64,000 bases of DNA from Mobula hypostoma. Its lineage: Eukaryota. The notes beneath the pieces were generated by a model that was not told where the DNA came from, made no database searches, and was given only the letters and a program-made list of their open reading frames with translations. Shown one piece after another: positions 1 through 11,776 of this stretch (position 1 is its first letter; every line of letters starts with the position of its first letter). Both the position numbers and the translations under genes were made by a program. The stretch spans positions 22,134,001 through 22,198,000 of the forward strand of contig NC_086101.1 in the NCBI RefSeq assembly GCF_963921235.1. Reading direction: 5' to 3'.

Positions 1-292
1 CTGTCAGATTCCTCCTTCTCCAGTCCTCTATCTCTTTCACCGATCAACTTCCCAGCTCTTTACTTCACCCCTCCTCTCTTCTGGTTTCACTTATTACTAA
101 TCACCCTCTTCTTCTTCTTCTTCTTCCCCTCCCCCCACCTTCTTACTCTGACTTCCCATCTTTTTTCCCAGTCCTGATGAAGTGTCTTGGCCCGAAACAT
201 TGACTGTTTATTCATTTCCATAGATGCTGCCTGACCTGCTGTGTTCCTCCACCATTTTGTGTGCGTTCCTCTGGATTTCCAGCATCTGCAGA
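1..292 (+). mobile_element. Penelope-like element terminal repeat (pLTR) fragment with hammerhead motif
   Basis: Shares the CTGATGA...GAAAC...GACTG and gatgctgcctgacctgctg...ccagcatctgcag modules with the 3' end of the GIY-YIG elements at 468-1590 and 9267-12945. Confidence 0.7.
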
Positions 293-467
293 TATCCTCA
301 TGTTTGTTATAAGTTACATTTTTATGTAAGTTTTATCATCTTTCATTTTTCATTGGCTGAGTGTTAAATATGCTACACCTGTGTGCCATCCAATAGGCCC
401 TTGTTTATCTCAGAAATTTGCCTTAACTCGGTATGAAAGTGACTCCTTCTGCAAAAATGACCATCCT

Positions 468-1590
468 ATCAACTCTGCTCTTAAACGCATCTCCCCCATT
501 TCACGTGCATCTGCTCTCACTCCATCCTCCCGCAACCCCACTAGGAATAGGGTTCCCCTGGTCCTCACCTACCACCCCACCAGCCTCCGGGTCCAACATA
601 TTATTCTCCGTAACTTCTGCCACCTCCAACGGGATCCCACCACTAAGCACATCTTTCCCTCCCCCCCCCCGCATTCCGCAGGGATCGCTCCCTACGCAAC
701 TCCCTTGTCCATTCGTCCCCCCCATCCCTCCCACTGATCTCCCTCCTGGCACTTACCCATGTAAGCGGAACAAGTGCTACACATGCCCTTACACTTCTTC
801 CCTTACCACCATTCAGGGCCCCAAACAGTCCTTCCAGGTGAGGCGACACTTCACCTGTGAGTCCGCTGGGGTGATACACTGCGTCCGGTGCTCCCGATGT
901 GGCCTTTTATATAATGGCAAGACCCAATGCAGACTGGAAGACCGCTTTGCTGAACATCTACACTCTGTCCGCCAGAGAAAGCAGGATCTCCCAGTGGCCA
1001 CACATTTTAATTCCACATCCCATTCCCATTCTGACATGTCTATCCACGGCCTCCTCTACTGTAAAGATGAAGCCACACTCAGGTTGGAGGAACAACACCT
1101 TATATTCCGTCTGGGTAGCCTCCAACTTGATGGCATGAACATTGACTTCTCTAACTTCCGCTAATGCCCCACCTCCCCCTCGTACCCCATCTGTTACTTA
1201 TTTTTATACACACATTCTTTCTCTCTCTCCTTTTTCTCCCTCTGTCCCTCTGAATATACCTCTTGCCCATCCTCTGGGTCCCCCCCCCTTGTCTTTCTTC
1301 CCAGACTTCCTGTCCCATGATCCTCTCGTATCCCCTTTTGCCTATCACCTGTCCAGCTCTTGGCTCCATCCCTCCCCCTCCTGTCTTCTCCTATCATTTT
1401 GGATCTTCCCCTCCCCCTCCAACTTTCAAATCCCTTACTCACTCTTCCTTCAGTTAGTCCTGACGAAGGGTCTCGGCCTGAAACATCGATGCACCTCTTC
1501 CTAGAGATGCTGGCTGGCCTGCTGCGTTCACCAGCAACTTTTATGTGTGTTGCTTGAATTTCCAGCATCTGCAGAATTCCTGTTGTTTGC
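468..1590 (+). mobile_element. 5'-truncated Penelope-like retroelement (GIY-YIG endonuclease end plus pLTR)
   Basis: ORF 433-1164 ends in CKRNKCYTC...VIHCVRCSRCGLLYNGKT...RFAEH...VATHFN...E...GMN, the PLE GIY-YIG domain; near-identical to the 3' part of the minus copy at 9267-10350; possible 7-bp TSD catccta at 462-468 and 1590-1596. Confidence 0.9.
1456..1495 (+). ncRNA. Minimal type I hammerhead ribozyme motif in Penelope pLTR
   Basis: agtc-CTGACGA-agggtctcggcct-GAAAC-ATC-gatgca; core intact, stem I 3' arm has a 1-nt deletion. Confidence 0.5.
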
Positions 1591-2139
1591 ATCCTAGTTC
1601 TTGTTGTTCTTAGTTCTTTAATCTTTAGTTTCACATCCCCTGTACCCACTTCCCTGTTTTAAACTTTCAGCAAAAGATTGTGAAGTGACAAGTTTCTGAT
1701 TCTCAGACTCTAAAAGAACCTGCAGATCAAAAATCACCAGAATCGACAACTAGCTCACTACTTTTCCTCTCTTTTTGCCCAGCTTATTTAAGTTAATTTT
1801 TAAATACATATTTCTCATTGTAATTTATAGTTTTTAATGTATTGTACTGTAAATAAAAGAACAAATTTCTTGTCTTATGTTAGCGATATTAAACCTCATT
1901 CTGATAATATATAATTTGAATGATTTTTTAAATAAATTACACCATCTGCAGCAGGTATCTCATAGCCCTGTTAGAATATCTGGTGGGTGGTCTTCGGGGT
2001 TCTAACATTTAACTGTCATTCATTTTTGGGGCACTCCTCTGTTTTTATGGATGGTTGCAAAGAAAAAGAATTTCAGGATGTATATTGTATACATTCCTCT
2101 GACATTAAATGTACCTTTGAATCCTTTGAAACTTTTGGA

Positions 2140-2410
2140 ATCACTGGAAGAACAACATCAGCAGCGAACTAGGGATATCGTTCACGTGCTTGGCACCCGA
2201 GACCTAAATCAGATGATCTATTCAGGTGGAAGGAGTTACAAGGTAGACAGAGGAACACATTCAAGGATATGCTGAAAGCCTCCATAAATAAATGCATCAT
2301 TGCCAGTGAATTAGAGTCAATGGGTGCCTGGCATCCATTGTGGACCAAACATGCTGAAAGGTTTGCTTCCATGTTGTCTGGCTCCAGGACTTCTGGGAAT
2401 CTTTGGCTCA
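2140..2410 (+). mobile_element. Decayed RTE-like LINE 3' fragment
   Basis: ggaaggagttacaaggtagacagaggaacacattcaaggatatgctgaaagcctcc resembles the RTE C-terminal G.R..G.QRKRFKD.LK.SL motif. Confidence 0.4.
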
Positions 2411-2416
2411 CTTTGG

Positions 2417-2585
2417 GGTAGCACAGTGACATCACTGGTGGAGCCAGCGCCTCACACGGCCTGGTCGTGGCCGAGTTCAGTCCCTGCCTCTGGGGCTGTC
2501 GGAGTGGAATCTACGTGCTCTCCCTGTGACCACACGGGCTTCCTCCGAGTGCTCAGGTTTCCTCACACATTCCAAAGGAATGGGG
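2417..2585 (+). mobile_element. tRNA-derived SINE (HE1-like)
   Basis: ggtagcacagtg...gagttcagtcc...acgtgctctccctgtgacc...ggcttcctccgagtgctcaggtttcctcacacattccaaag; similar to the copy at 39441-39705. Confidence 0.6.
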
Positions 2586-2813
2586 GTGGGAATTGGGATT
2601 GCTTTCACCTTACTTCATGAAAAACCATAGAACAGATGCGTCACCCAGTCCCTTTGAGAAATCCTGTATCCCTGCAAGATACTCTTCCTTATCAACATCA
2701 CCATTATATTAAGTTCGTGTTCATGTTTAATTATCATTCAACCATCCATGAATACCGATGAATACAGCCAAATGAAACAGTGTTCCTCTGGGGTCAAAGT
2801 GCAAAACGAGGTA

Positions 2814-3721
2814 CAGGTTGGGGACTTATTACCTGAAATTCCAAAATCTGAAAACCGCCAAAATCCTCATTTTTTTTCCAAAGTGCTGACATGATATCAC
2901 AACTGGAAACTTCCACAAGGTGCTGGAGAGGTTCTCTGGCCAGACAGTTCTGAGAAGTGACGTCACAAATGTAATGTTAATGAAAACTAGAAAACCATTG
3001 CATGAAGTGAAAAATTAAGATCTCAATTGTGTATTGAAAGTAAGCTTTCGTCAGCACTGGAATGAACATATGCCGCTTAACAGTATGCCGATCATGAAAC
3101 AAGCGAAGATCTATCACGATGAACTGAAGATTGAAGGTAATTATGAATATTTATCTGGCTGGTTGCCGAAATTTAAGAAAAGGCACGGCATTAAGTTTTT
3201 AAAGATTTCAAGAATGTTAAAGTGTCTGCTGATCACAAAGCAGCAGAGATTCATTGATAAGCTTGCAAATACTGTTGCTGATGAAAATCTAACACCAGAA
3301 TGAGTTTACAATGCTGATTGTTTTAATGCCTTACATAAAACCTATAAAAAAAACTCAAATGCAATCACAGTGTGCTGTAAACATTTCATGAAAAGACGGC
3401 ATCATAGGTAGAGACTGAAATCCTGCCATTGTTTGCTGTTCAACAGCTGATTCAGGTATTCTCTGATACTGCTGTGCTGTTTTTGTTATCCTGCACACAT
3501 TACAGTTATATTATATTAATGGTATGCAACAATTTTTAGAGTGACGTACAAATGTGTGATAAACAAGTGTAAGACAAAGACTGCTTACTGGTTGCACATA
3601 AATTCAGAGTCAAAAATGATGGCGATCCTAAACTATCTCATTATATATTCCAAAATCTGGAAAATCCAAATTCTGGAATTCTTCTAGTCCCACACATTTC
3701 AGATAAGGAGTACTCAACTTG
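2814..3721 (+). mobile_element. Tigger/pogo-type DNA transposon, internally deleted
   Basis: TA-CAGGTTG left end, gataaggagtactcaacttg right end; ORF 3034-3303 contains CENP-B-type HTH motif GWLPKFKKRHGIKFLKI and ...ENLTPE. Confidence 0.8.
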
Positions 3722-4232
3722 CACCATCAGTCTGACATTGGAGAGGGTTTAGAGAAGATTAATGAGAATGATTCCAGGAATGAGAGGGTTACCGTATGAG
3801 GAGCATCTGGCAGCTCTTGGGCTGTATTTCCTGGAGTTCAGGAGAATGAGGGGGGATCTCATAGAAACATTCCGAATGTTAAAAGGCCTGAACAGATTAG
3901 ATATGGCAAAGTTATTTCCCATGGTAGGGCATTCTAGGAAAAGAGGGCACGACTTCAGGATAGAAGGACGTCCTTTAAGAATTGAGAAGCAGAGAAATTA
4001 CTTTAGTTAGAGGATGGTAAATCTGTGGAATTTGTTGCCATGAGTGGCTGTGGAGGCCAAGTCATTGGGTGTATTTAAGGCAGAGATAGGTAGGTTCTTG
4101 ATTAGCCAGGGCATCAAGGGGTATGGAGTGAAGGCAGGGGAGTGGAGATAACTGGTAGAATTGGATCAGCCCATGATTGGCAGAGCAGGCTCAATGGGCC
4201 GACTGCCCTATTTCTGTTCCTATATCTTATAG
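3722..4232 (+). mobile_element. CR1 LINE 3' fragment
   Basis: RMIPGMRGLPYEE.L..LGLY.LEFRRMRGDLIETFRML, typical CR1 ORF2 C-terminus, followed by the CR1 3' UTR. Confidence 0.85.
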
Positions 4233-5259
4233 TCCTATAGTCATACACAGGACAAGGCAGATAGCAGTAAAAATAGTCATACAAAAAATGTATACATAGC
4301 CTAGTCACCAAGCGACATTTCTGCTGCATGGGTGTTGTCAGCAAGAACAATACAGTTATGTCTCTTTTTCTTTGACACCCCTTCATTCTCAGGATCATCA
4401 GCTCCCCCTTCAACCTCATTCCTGCAGTGAAGGAGCCAGCAGGCTTCAACTTTTCTGGGGATTACAAATTAGTAGGATGATCGGTTGTTCATTTGCACAG
4501 TATGGTACTTCACTGCGACTCCTGGAAGATCCGCCGAGAGTACAGGCGTCAGAGTACTGCCACCAGCTTTCCGCTTGCCCCCACGAGGACCGGAATGCCA
4601 TTTGAAAGTGTACTGCAGATTATAGAAAACGGTTGTGTACATTTTTACTTCTCTGTGCATCTCACACTGCATCTTGTCACTTACTTGTTACTACATAGAC
4701 GGCAATCATTCGGTCAAAGGTCAAAAGTCAAATCCATCGTCGCATACACAAGTAGACGTACGCACAGGTGCAATGAAAAACTCACTTGCAGCGGCATCGC
4801 AGGCTCATAGCATCAGACAAGCATTACTGAGTCCATCGGGGACATGCAATCTCCCAGAACAGCAGTCTAATCTCTTCCACCTCTGCTTATTTCTCTGTAG
4901 CCCATCTTAGTATTCACTGATCCCATCAATTCACATGCTATTATTTTGCTACTTATCTGCATGCAGTTTACATTAGTTAGACTGAAGCGCCATCGTCACC
5001 ATCAGCCTCCATAGTATCCAGGACCCCTTCAAGGAGTGATGCTTCAAAAAAGCAACGTCTATCATTAAGGACCCCCATCACTCAGGTCATGTCCTGTTTT
5101 CATTACTACTATCAGGAAGGAGGTACAGAAGCATGAAAGCACACTATCAATGATTCAAGAACAGCTTCTTCCCCTCTGCCATCAGATTTCTGAATGGACA
5201 TTGAACCCATGAACACTACTTCACTACTTTTTTATTTCCATTTTTGCACAACTTATTCT

Positions 5260-7080
5260 GAGGCTGTGTCCTCTGGTCGTAGACTCTCCCCTCCATAGGA
5301 AAAATCATCTCCATATCCAATCTATCAAAGCCTTTCACCATTTGGTAGGTTTCAAAGAGGTAACCCTACATTTTTATGAATTCTACTGAATACAGGCCCA
5401 GAGCCATCAAACACTTCATATGACAAACCATTCAATCCTGGAACCATCTTGTGAATCTCTCCGACCTGTCTCCAGTTTCAGCACATCCTTTCTAACATAA
5501 GGGGCCCAAAACTGCTCAAAATGCTCCATGAGGCATCACCAGTGCTTTATTAAGTCTCAACATTATATCCTTCCTTTTGCATTTTAGTCCACGCCACAGA
5601 TTCAATCTGCAAATTAACCTTCAGGGAATCCTGCACAGGGACTCTCAAGTCCCTTTGTGCCTCAGTTTTTATGTATTTTCTTTCCATTTTGAAAATAGTC
5701 AACCCTTCCATTTCTTCTATCAAAGAGCATGACGATACACTTCCCAACACTGTATTCCATCTGACACGCCATTGCCCATTCCCCTAATCTGTGTAAGTCC
5801 TTCTGTAGCCTCTCTACTTCCCCAAAATTTCCTGCCCTTCCACTTTTCTTCATATCATCCATAAACTTTGCAACAAAGTCATCAATTCCATCATCCAAAT
5901 ATTGACATATAATGTAAAAAGAATCAGTCCCAACACAGACCACTGTGGAACTAGTCCACTAGTCACCAGCAGCCAATCAGAAAAGGCTCCTTTTATTCCC
6001 ACTCCTTGCCTCCTGCCAATCGGCCTCTGCTGTATCCATGCCAGAATCTTTCCTGTAATATCATGGACCTGTATCCTGTTAAGCAGCCTCATGTGTGACA
6101 CCTTCTCAAAGGCCTTCTGAAAATTCAAGTACACAACATCAAGTGATTCTCCTTTGTCTATCCTGCTTGTTATTTCTTCAAAGAATTCTCACAGATTGTC
6201 AGGCAAGATTTTCCCTTGAGGAAACCATGGCCTATTTTATCATGCGCCTCCAAGTTCCCTGACACCTCATCCTTAACAATAGACTCCAACGTCTTCCCAA
6301 CCACTGAGGTCAGACCAAATGGCCTACAATCTTCTTTCCTCTGCCTCTCTCCCTTCTTGAAAAATGCAGTGACATTTGCAAATTTCCAGTCTTCAAGAAC
6401 CATTCCAGAATGTAGTGATTCTTGAAAGGTCATCACTAATTCCTCCACCATCTCTTCAGTCACTTCTTTCATAACACTGAGATGTACACCATCTGGTCCA
6501 GGTGACTTATCTGCCTTCAGATCTTTCAGTTTCCCAAGAAGCTTGCTAGTTATGGTGACTGCACACACTTCGTGATCCCTGACACCCGGAACTTCCAGCA
6601 TACTGTGAATGTCTTCCACTGTGAAGATGAATGCAATATATACTTATTCAGTTTATCCACCACTTCCTTGTCCAGCGGTCTGAAATCCACTTTCACCTCT
6701 CTTTTACACTTTGTGTATCTGAAGAAACTTTTGGTATCCTCTAATATTATTCACTAGCTTACTTTCATATTCCATCTTTACCTTCTTAATGACTTTTTTA
6801 GTTGCCTTCTGTTGACTTTCAAAAGCTTCCCAATTCTCTAACTTCCCACTAATTTTTGCTCTATTCTCTGCCCTCTCTTTGGCTTTTATGTTGGCCTTGA
6901 CTTCTCTTGTTAGCCACAGTTGTGTCATCTTGCCTTTTGAATACTTCTATTTGTGATGTTTATATCCTGTGCCCTGTGAATTGCTTCCAGAACTTCCAGA
7001 CGTTGCTGCTCTGCTGTCATCCCTCCCAGTGTTTCTTTTTCAAATCAGTCTGGCCAACTCCTATCTCATGCCTCCGTTAT
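5260..7080 (-). mobile_element. Decayed CR1 LINE (RT region)
   Basis: Fragments DKSPGPDG, YLNFQKAFEKVSH, VAKFMDD in broken minus-strand ORFs. Confidence 0.85.
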
Positions 7081-7085
7081 TTCCC

Positions 7086-7760
7086 TCATTCCGCTGTAAT
7101 ATTGATACATCTGACTGTTGATGTGAGTGTTACCGGGCGATAGCCATTAAGGCAGCTCACATGATTCTTCTTAGGCACTGGTATAATTGCTGCCTTTTTG
7201 AAGCAAGTGGGAACTTCCGCCCATAGCAGAGAGAGGTTGAAAATGTCCTTGAATACTCCCGCTAGTTGGTTGGCACAGGTTTTCAGAGCCTTGCCAGGTA
7301 CTCCGTTGGGACCTTCTGCCTTGCGTGGGTTCACTCTTTAAAGATAGTTTAACATCGGCCTCTGAGACGGAGATTACAGGATCATTAGGTGCAGCAGGGA
7401 TCTTCACAGTTGTAGTTGTGTTCTCTCTTTCAAAGCATGCATAGAGGACGTTGAGTTCATCTGGTAGTGAAGCATTGCTGCCACTCATGCTATTGGGTTT
7501 CACTTTGTAGGAAGTAATGTCTTGCAGATCCTACCAGAGTTGCCGTGCATCTGATATTGCCTCCAACCTCGTTTGAAATCGTCTCTTTGCCCTTGAAATA
7601 GCCCTCCGCACATCATACCTGGTTTTCTGGTATAGGCCTGGGTCGCCAGACTTAATGCCACAGATCTAGTCTTCAGCAGACGACGTATCTCCTGGCTCAT
7701 CCACGGCTTTTGGTTTGGGAATGTACAGTCTTTGTTGGCACACACTCATCCACATAGGAC
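7086..7760 (-). mobile_element. Rex1/Babar LINE fragment
   Basis: [35 protein letters not shown]...YRPVTLTS; FPNQKPWM. Confidence 0.8.
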
Positions 7761-7799
7761 TGCTGCGTTCCACCAGCATTTTGTGTGTGTCACTTTGTA

Positions 7800-7945
7800 G
7801 AGAACTGTCTTCACTTTCACATGAAACTTTTTCTGTTGATCAGTGTCAAAAAAAGCCAAATCAAATCAACTGTGATTCAATGTTGTAAAACAATAAAGCA
7901 TGGACTTCCAAGGGGAGGGGGTGATTTCTTTATAAGCACTATATA
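7800..7945. mobile_element. Tc1 terminal inverted repeat remnant
   Basis: Similar to the termini of the Tc1 at 55326-56750 (tgttgatcagtgtcaaaaaa...ttcaatgttgtaaaacaataaa...cttccaagggg). Confidence 0.55.
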
Positions 7946-8539
7946 TATATAGTATGTGTGTATGTATATGTGTACAGTGTTTATACACACACACACACAA
8001 ACTGCAAAAATTCTGTTTAAATCAGAATCAGGTTTAATACCACTGACATATGTCATTAATTTTCTTTTTGATTTGCTGCAGCATTACAGTGCAATGCATA
8101 AAATACTATAAATTACAATAAGAAATATGTTTTAAAAATTCAATTAACTGATTAGTGTTAAAATAGAGCAGAAACAGAGTGGTAGTGTTCATGGTTTGTT
8201 CGTTCAGAGATCTGATGGCCTTGGGGTAGATCCATAGCCTGAACGTTGAGTGTGTGTCTTCAGGCTTTTGTACCTCCTCACTGATGGTGGTAATGAGAAG
8301 AGGGCATGTCCTGGATGGTGAGGGTCTTCAAAGATCCGTGCCGCCGTCTTGATGTACCACCTCTTGAAGATGTCCTTTTAATAGATTTGGCTAAATCTAC
8401 AACCTTCTGCAAGCTCTTGTGATCTTGTGCATTGGAGCCTTCGTATAGGCATTGTCTTCAACCGGAACCACCCAATCAACTTAACGTCACCAGGGGGGGA
8501 TAAAACACCTTCTGAATTTATTGTATTTTTACAGACAGG

Positions 8540-9270
8540 GTTACCCCGGTTTTACGCAATGCCTGTCCCCACCCCATTTAGATGGGGCGTTGGCTGGTCG
8601 AGCAGAGTTTTCAAGGATCGCTGAAGTTTAGAAGACGGCAAATGAATTATTTGTTCGCGTTTTGTTTTTGTTCGCTGTTAAGGCTGGGCAGCGCTGGAGG
8701 TAAGAAATAATGTTCAGGGAATGGGAAGCGCGCTTCACGGTGATTCTCGGTGCCGCCGCAGGAGCGCTGAGGCCGAGGTGGCTCGGCATCCAGAACGGCT
8801 CGTACCTTATGGGCCCTGGAAGCTGCTGCCATCACGTTTGAGAACTTCGAGAGAAAGCCTGGTTTCTAATTCTGCGTCCACGCGTCGCCGTTTATAGTGT
8901 TGCTGTGACGCGCACCTCTCCCAAACTTCGCGTCGCGGCAACGCAAACGTAACAACTGTGATTGGTCCGCAAGTCACCCTACGCTGCAGTAGCTTCCCAG
9001 TGGGCGACTGAAGGACTGGGGAGGAATTCTGGCTGCAAAGCTTTCCATAAAGCTTTACAGACCTCCGAAATTATGGAGGACACATTTCGCACGAAAAAAG
9101 ACGCTCTCGTCTTGTTCACCCCGAGACTACCATGACCATGAAGCATTGCGCGGGCAGGTGAGTGCGCATGCGTGATATGCGCGAATTGCCGAGCGACGCA
9201 GACTCACTAACGCACAAGTATAAATACTCACTACGCGTAAGCCACTTGCGTAGTTTACGGCGTTCAGTTA
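8540..9270. promoter_or_regulatory. CpG island / probable promoter region
   Basis: Sharp CpG enrichment in non-repetitive sequence; ATTGG (reverse CCAAT) at 8961-8965; NRF1-like TGCGCATGCG at 9163-9172; contains the signal-peptide exon. Confidence 0.7.
8642..8699 (+). CDS. Exon 1 (signal peptide) of IgV-5TM receptor gene: MNYLFAFCFCSLLRLGSAG
   Basis: Hydrophobic 19-aa leader ending GSAG; strong donor GAG|GTAAGA in phase 1, matching the phase-1 IgV exons; an in-frame upstream ATG at 8582 is also possible. Confidence 0.75.
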
Positions 9271-9355
9271 AGGCTGCAGATGCTGAAAATTCAAGCAACA
9301 CACATCAAAGTTGCTGGTGAACGCAGCAGGCCAGGCAGCATCTCTAGGAAGAGGT

Positions 9356-9393
9356 GCAGTCGACGTTTCGGGCCGAGACCCTTCGTCAGGACT
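9356..9393 (-). ncRNA. Minimal type I hammerhead ribozyme motif
   Basis: Minus strand reads agtc-CTGACGA-agggtctcggccc-GAAAC-GTC-gact: intact core, stem I agtc/gact, GUC cleavage triplet. Confidence 0.65.
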
Positions 9394-11435
9394 AACTGAA
9401 GGAAGAGTTAGTAAGAGATTTGAAAGTGGGAGGGAGAGGGGGAGATCCAAAATGATAGGAGAAGACAGGAGAGGGAGGGATGGAGCCAAGAGCTGGACAG
9501 GTGATAGGCAAAAGGGATATGAGAGGATCATGGGACAGGAGGTCCGGGAAGAAAGACTGGGGGGGGGGAACCCAGAGGATGGGCAAGGGATATATTCAGA
9601 GGGACAGAGGGAGAAAAAAGAGAGTGAGAGAAAGAATGTGTGTATAAAAATAAATAACAGATGGGGTACGAGGGTGAGGTGGGGTATTAACGGAAGTTAG
9701 AGAAGTCAAAGTTCATGCCATCAGGTTGGAGGCTACCCGGATAGAATACAAGGTGTTGTTCCTCCAACCTGAGTGTGGCTTCATCTTTACAGTAGAGGAG
9801 GCCGTGGATAGACATATCAGAATGGGAATGGGATGTGGAATTAAAATGTGTGGCCACTGGAAGATCCTGCTTTCTCTGGCGGACAGAGCGTAGGTGTTCA
9901 GTGAAATGATCTCCCAGTCTGCATCGGGTCTCGCCAATATATAGAAGGCCACATCGGGAGCACCGGACGCAGTATATCACCCCAGCTGACTCACAGGTGA
10001 AGTGTCGCCTCACCTGGAAGGACTGTCTGGGGCCCTGAATGGTGGTAAGGGAGGAAGTGTAAGGGCATGTGTAGCACTTGTTCTGCTTACAAGGATAAGT
10101 GCCAGGAGGGAGATCAGTGGGGAGGGACAAATGGACAAGGGAGTCGCATAGGGAGTGATCCCTGTGGAAGGTTGGAGGAGGGGAGGGAAAGATGTGCTTA
10201 GTGGTGGGATCCTGTTGGAGGTGGCGGAAGTTACGGAGAATTATTTTTTGGACCCGGAGGCTGTTGGGGTGGTAGGTGAGGACCAGGGGAACCCTATTCC
10301 TAGTGGGATGGCGGGAGGATGGAGTGAGAGCAGATGTGCATGAAATGGGGGAGATGCATTTGAGAGCAGAGTTGATGGTGGAGGAAGGGAAGCCCCTTTC
10401 TTGAAAAAAAAGGTGGACATCTCCCTTGTCCTAGAATGAAAAGCCTCTTCCTGAGAGCAGATGCCGCGGAGACGGAGGAATTGCGAGAAGGGGATGGCAT
10501 TTTTGCAAGAGACAGGGTGAGAAGAGAAATAGTCCAGATAGCTGTGAGAGTCAGTAGGCTTATAGTAGACATCAGTAGATAAGCTGTCTCCAGAGATAGA
10601 GACAGAAAGATCTAGAAAGGGAAGGGAGGTGTCAGAAATGGATCAGGTAAACTTGAGGGCAGGGTGAAAGTTGGAGGCAGAGTTAATAAAGTCAACGAGC
10701 TCAGTATGCGTGCAGGAAGCAGCGCCAATGCAGACGTCGATGTAGCGAAGGAAAAGTGGGGGACAGATACCAGAATAGGTTCGGAACATAGATTGTTCAA
10801 CAAAGCCAACAAAAAGGCAGGCATAGCTAGGACCCATGCGGGTGCCCATAGCTACACCTTTAGTTTGGAGAAAGTGGGAGGAGCCAAAGGCGAAATTATT
10901 AAGAGTAAGGACTAATTCCGCTAGACGGAGCAGAGTGGTGGTAGAGGGGAACTGATTAGGTCTGGAATCCAAAAAGAAGCGGAGAGCTTTGAGACCTTCC
11001 TGATGGGGGATGGAAGTATATAGGGACTGGACATCCATGGTGAAAATAAAGCGGTGGGGGCCAGGGAACTTAAAATCATCGAAAAGTTTAAGAGCGTGAG
11101 AAGTGTCATGAACATAGGTAGGAAGGGATTGAACAAGGGGGGATAAAACCATGTCGAGGTATGCAGAAATGAGTTCAGTGGGGCAGGAGCAAGCTGAGAC
11201 AATAGGTCGGCCAGGACAGGCAGGTTTGTGGATCTTGGGTAGGAGGTAGAAACAGGAAGTGCGAGGTGTGTGAACTATAAGGTTGGTAGCAGTGGACGGG
11301 AGATCCCCTGAGCGGATAAAGTGGGTGATGGTGTGGGAGACAATGGCCCGGTGCTCCTTAGTGAGGTCACGATTGAGGGGTAAATAAGAGGAGGTATCCG
11401 CGAGTTGTCGCTGTGCCTCAGCAAGGTAGAGGTCA

Positions 11436-11776
11436 AATGCACGGGGATCTCATTGAAACCCATCGAATGTTGAAAGGACTAGATAAGGTGTAAGTGGCGA
11501 GGATGTTTCCTCTAGTGGGAGTATCCAGAACTAAAGAGCACAGCCTCAAAATTGGGCGGGGGGGGGGCGACCTTTTAGAACAGAAGTGAAGAGGAATTTT
11601 TTTAGCCAAAGAATGATGAATCTGTGGGATGCAGTGGAGTCCAAGTTGGTGGACAGATGTAAAGTGGATTCCTGATTAGTTGGGGCATCAAGCTATCAGG
11701 GATCAGCCATGGTGAAATGGTGGAGTGGACTTGATGGGCTGAATGGCCTAATTCTGCTCCTATGTCTTACGATCTT
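11436..11776 (+). mobile_element. CR1 3' fragment inserted in the Penelope element
   Basis: ggggatctcattgaaacc...ttctgctcctatgtctta; removing it rejoins Penelope gtagaggtc|agtgtgccagac. Confidence 0.75.
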
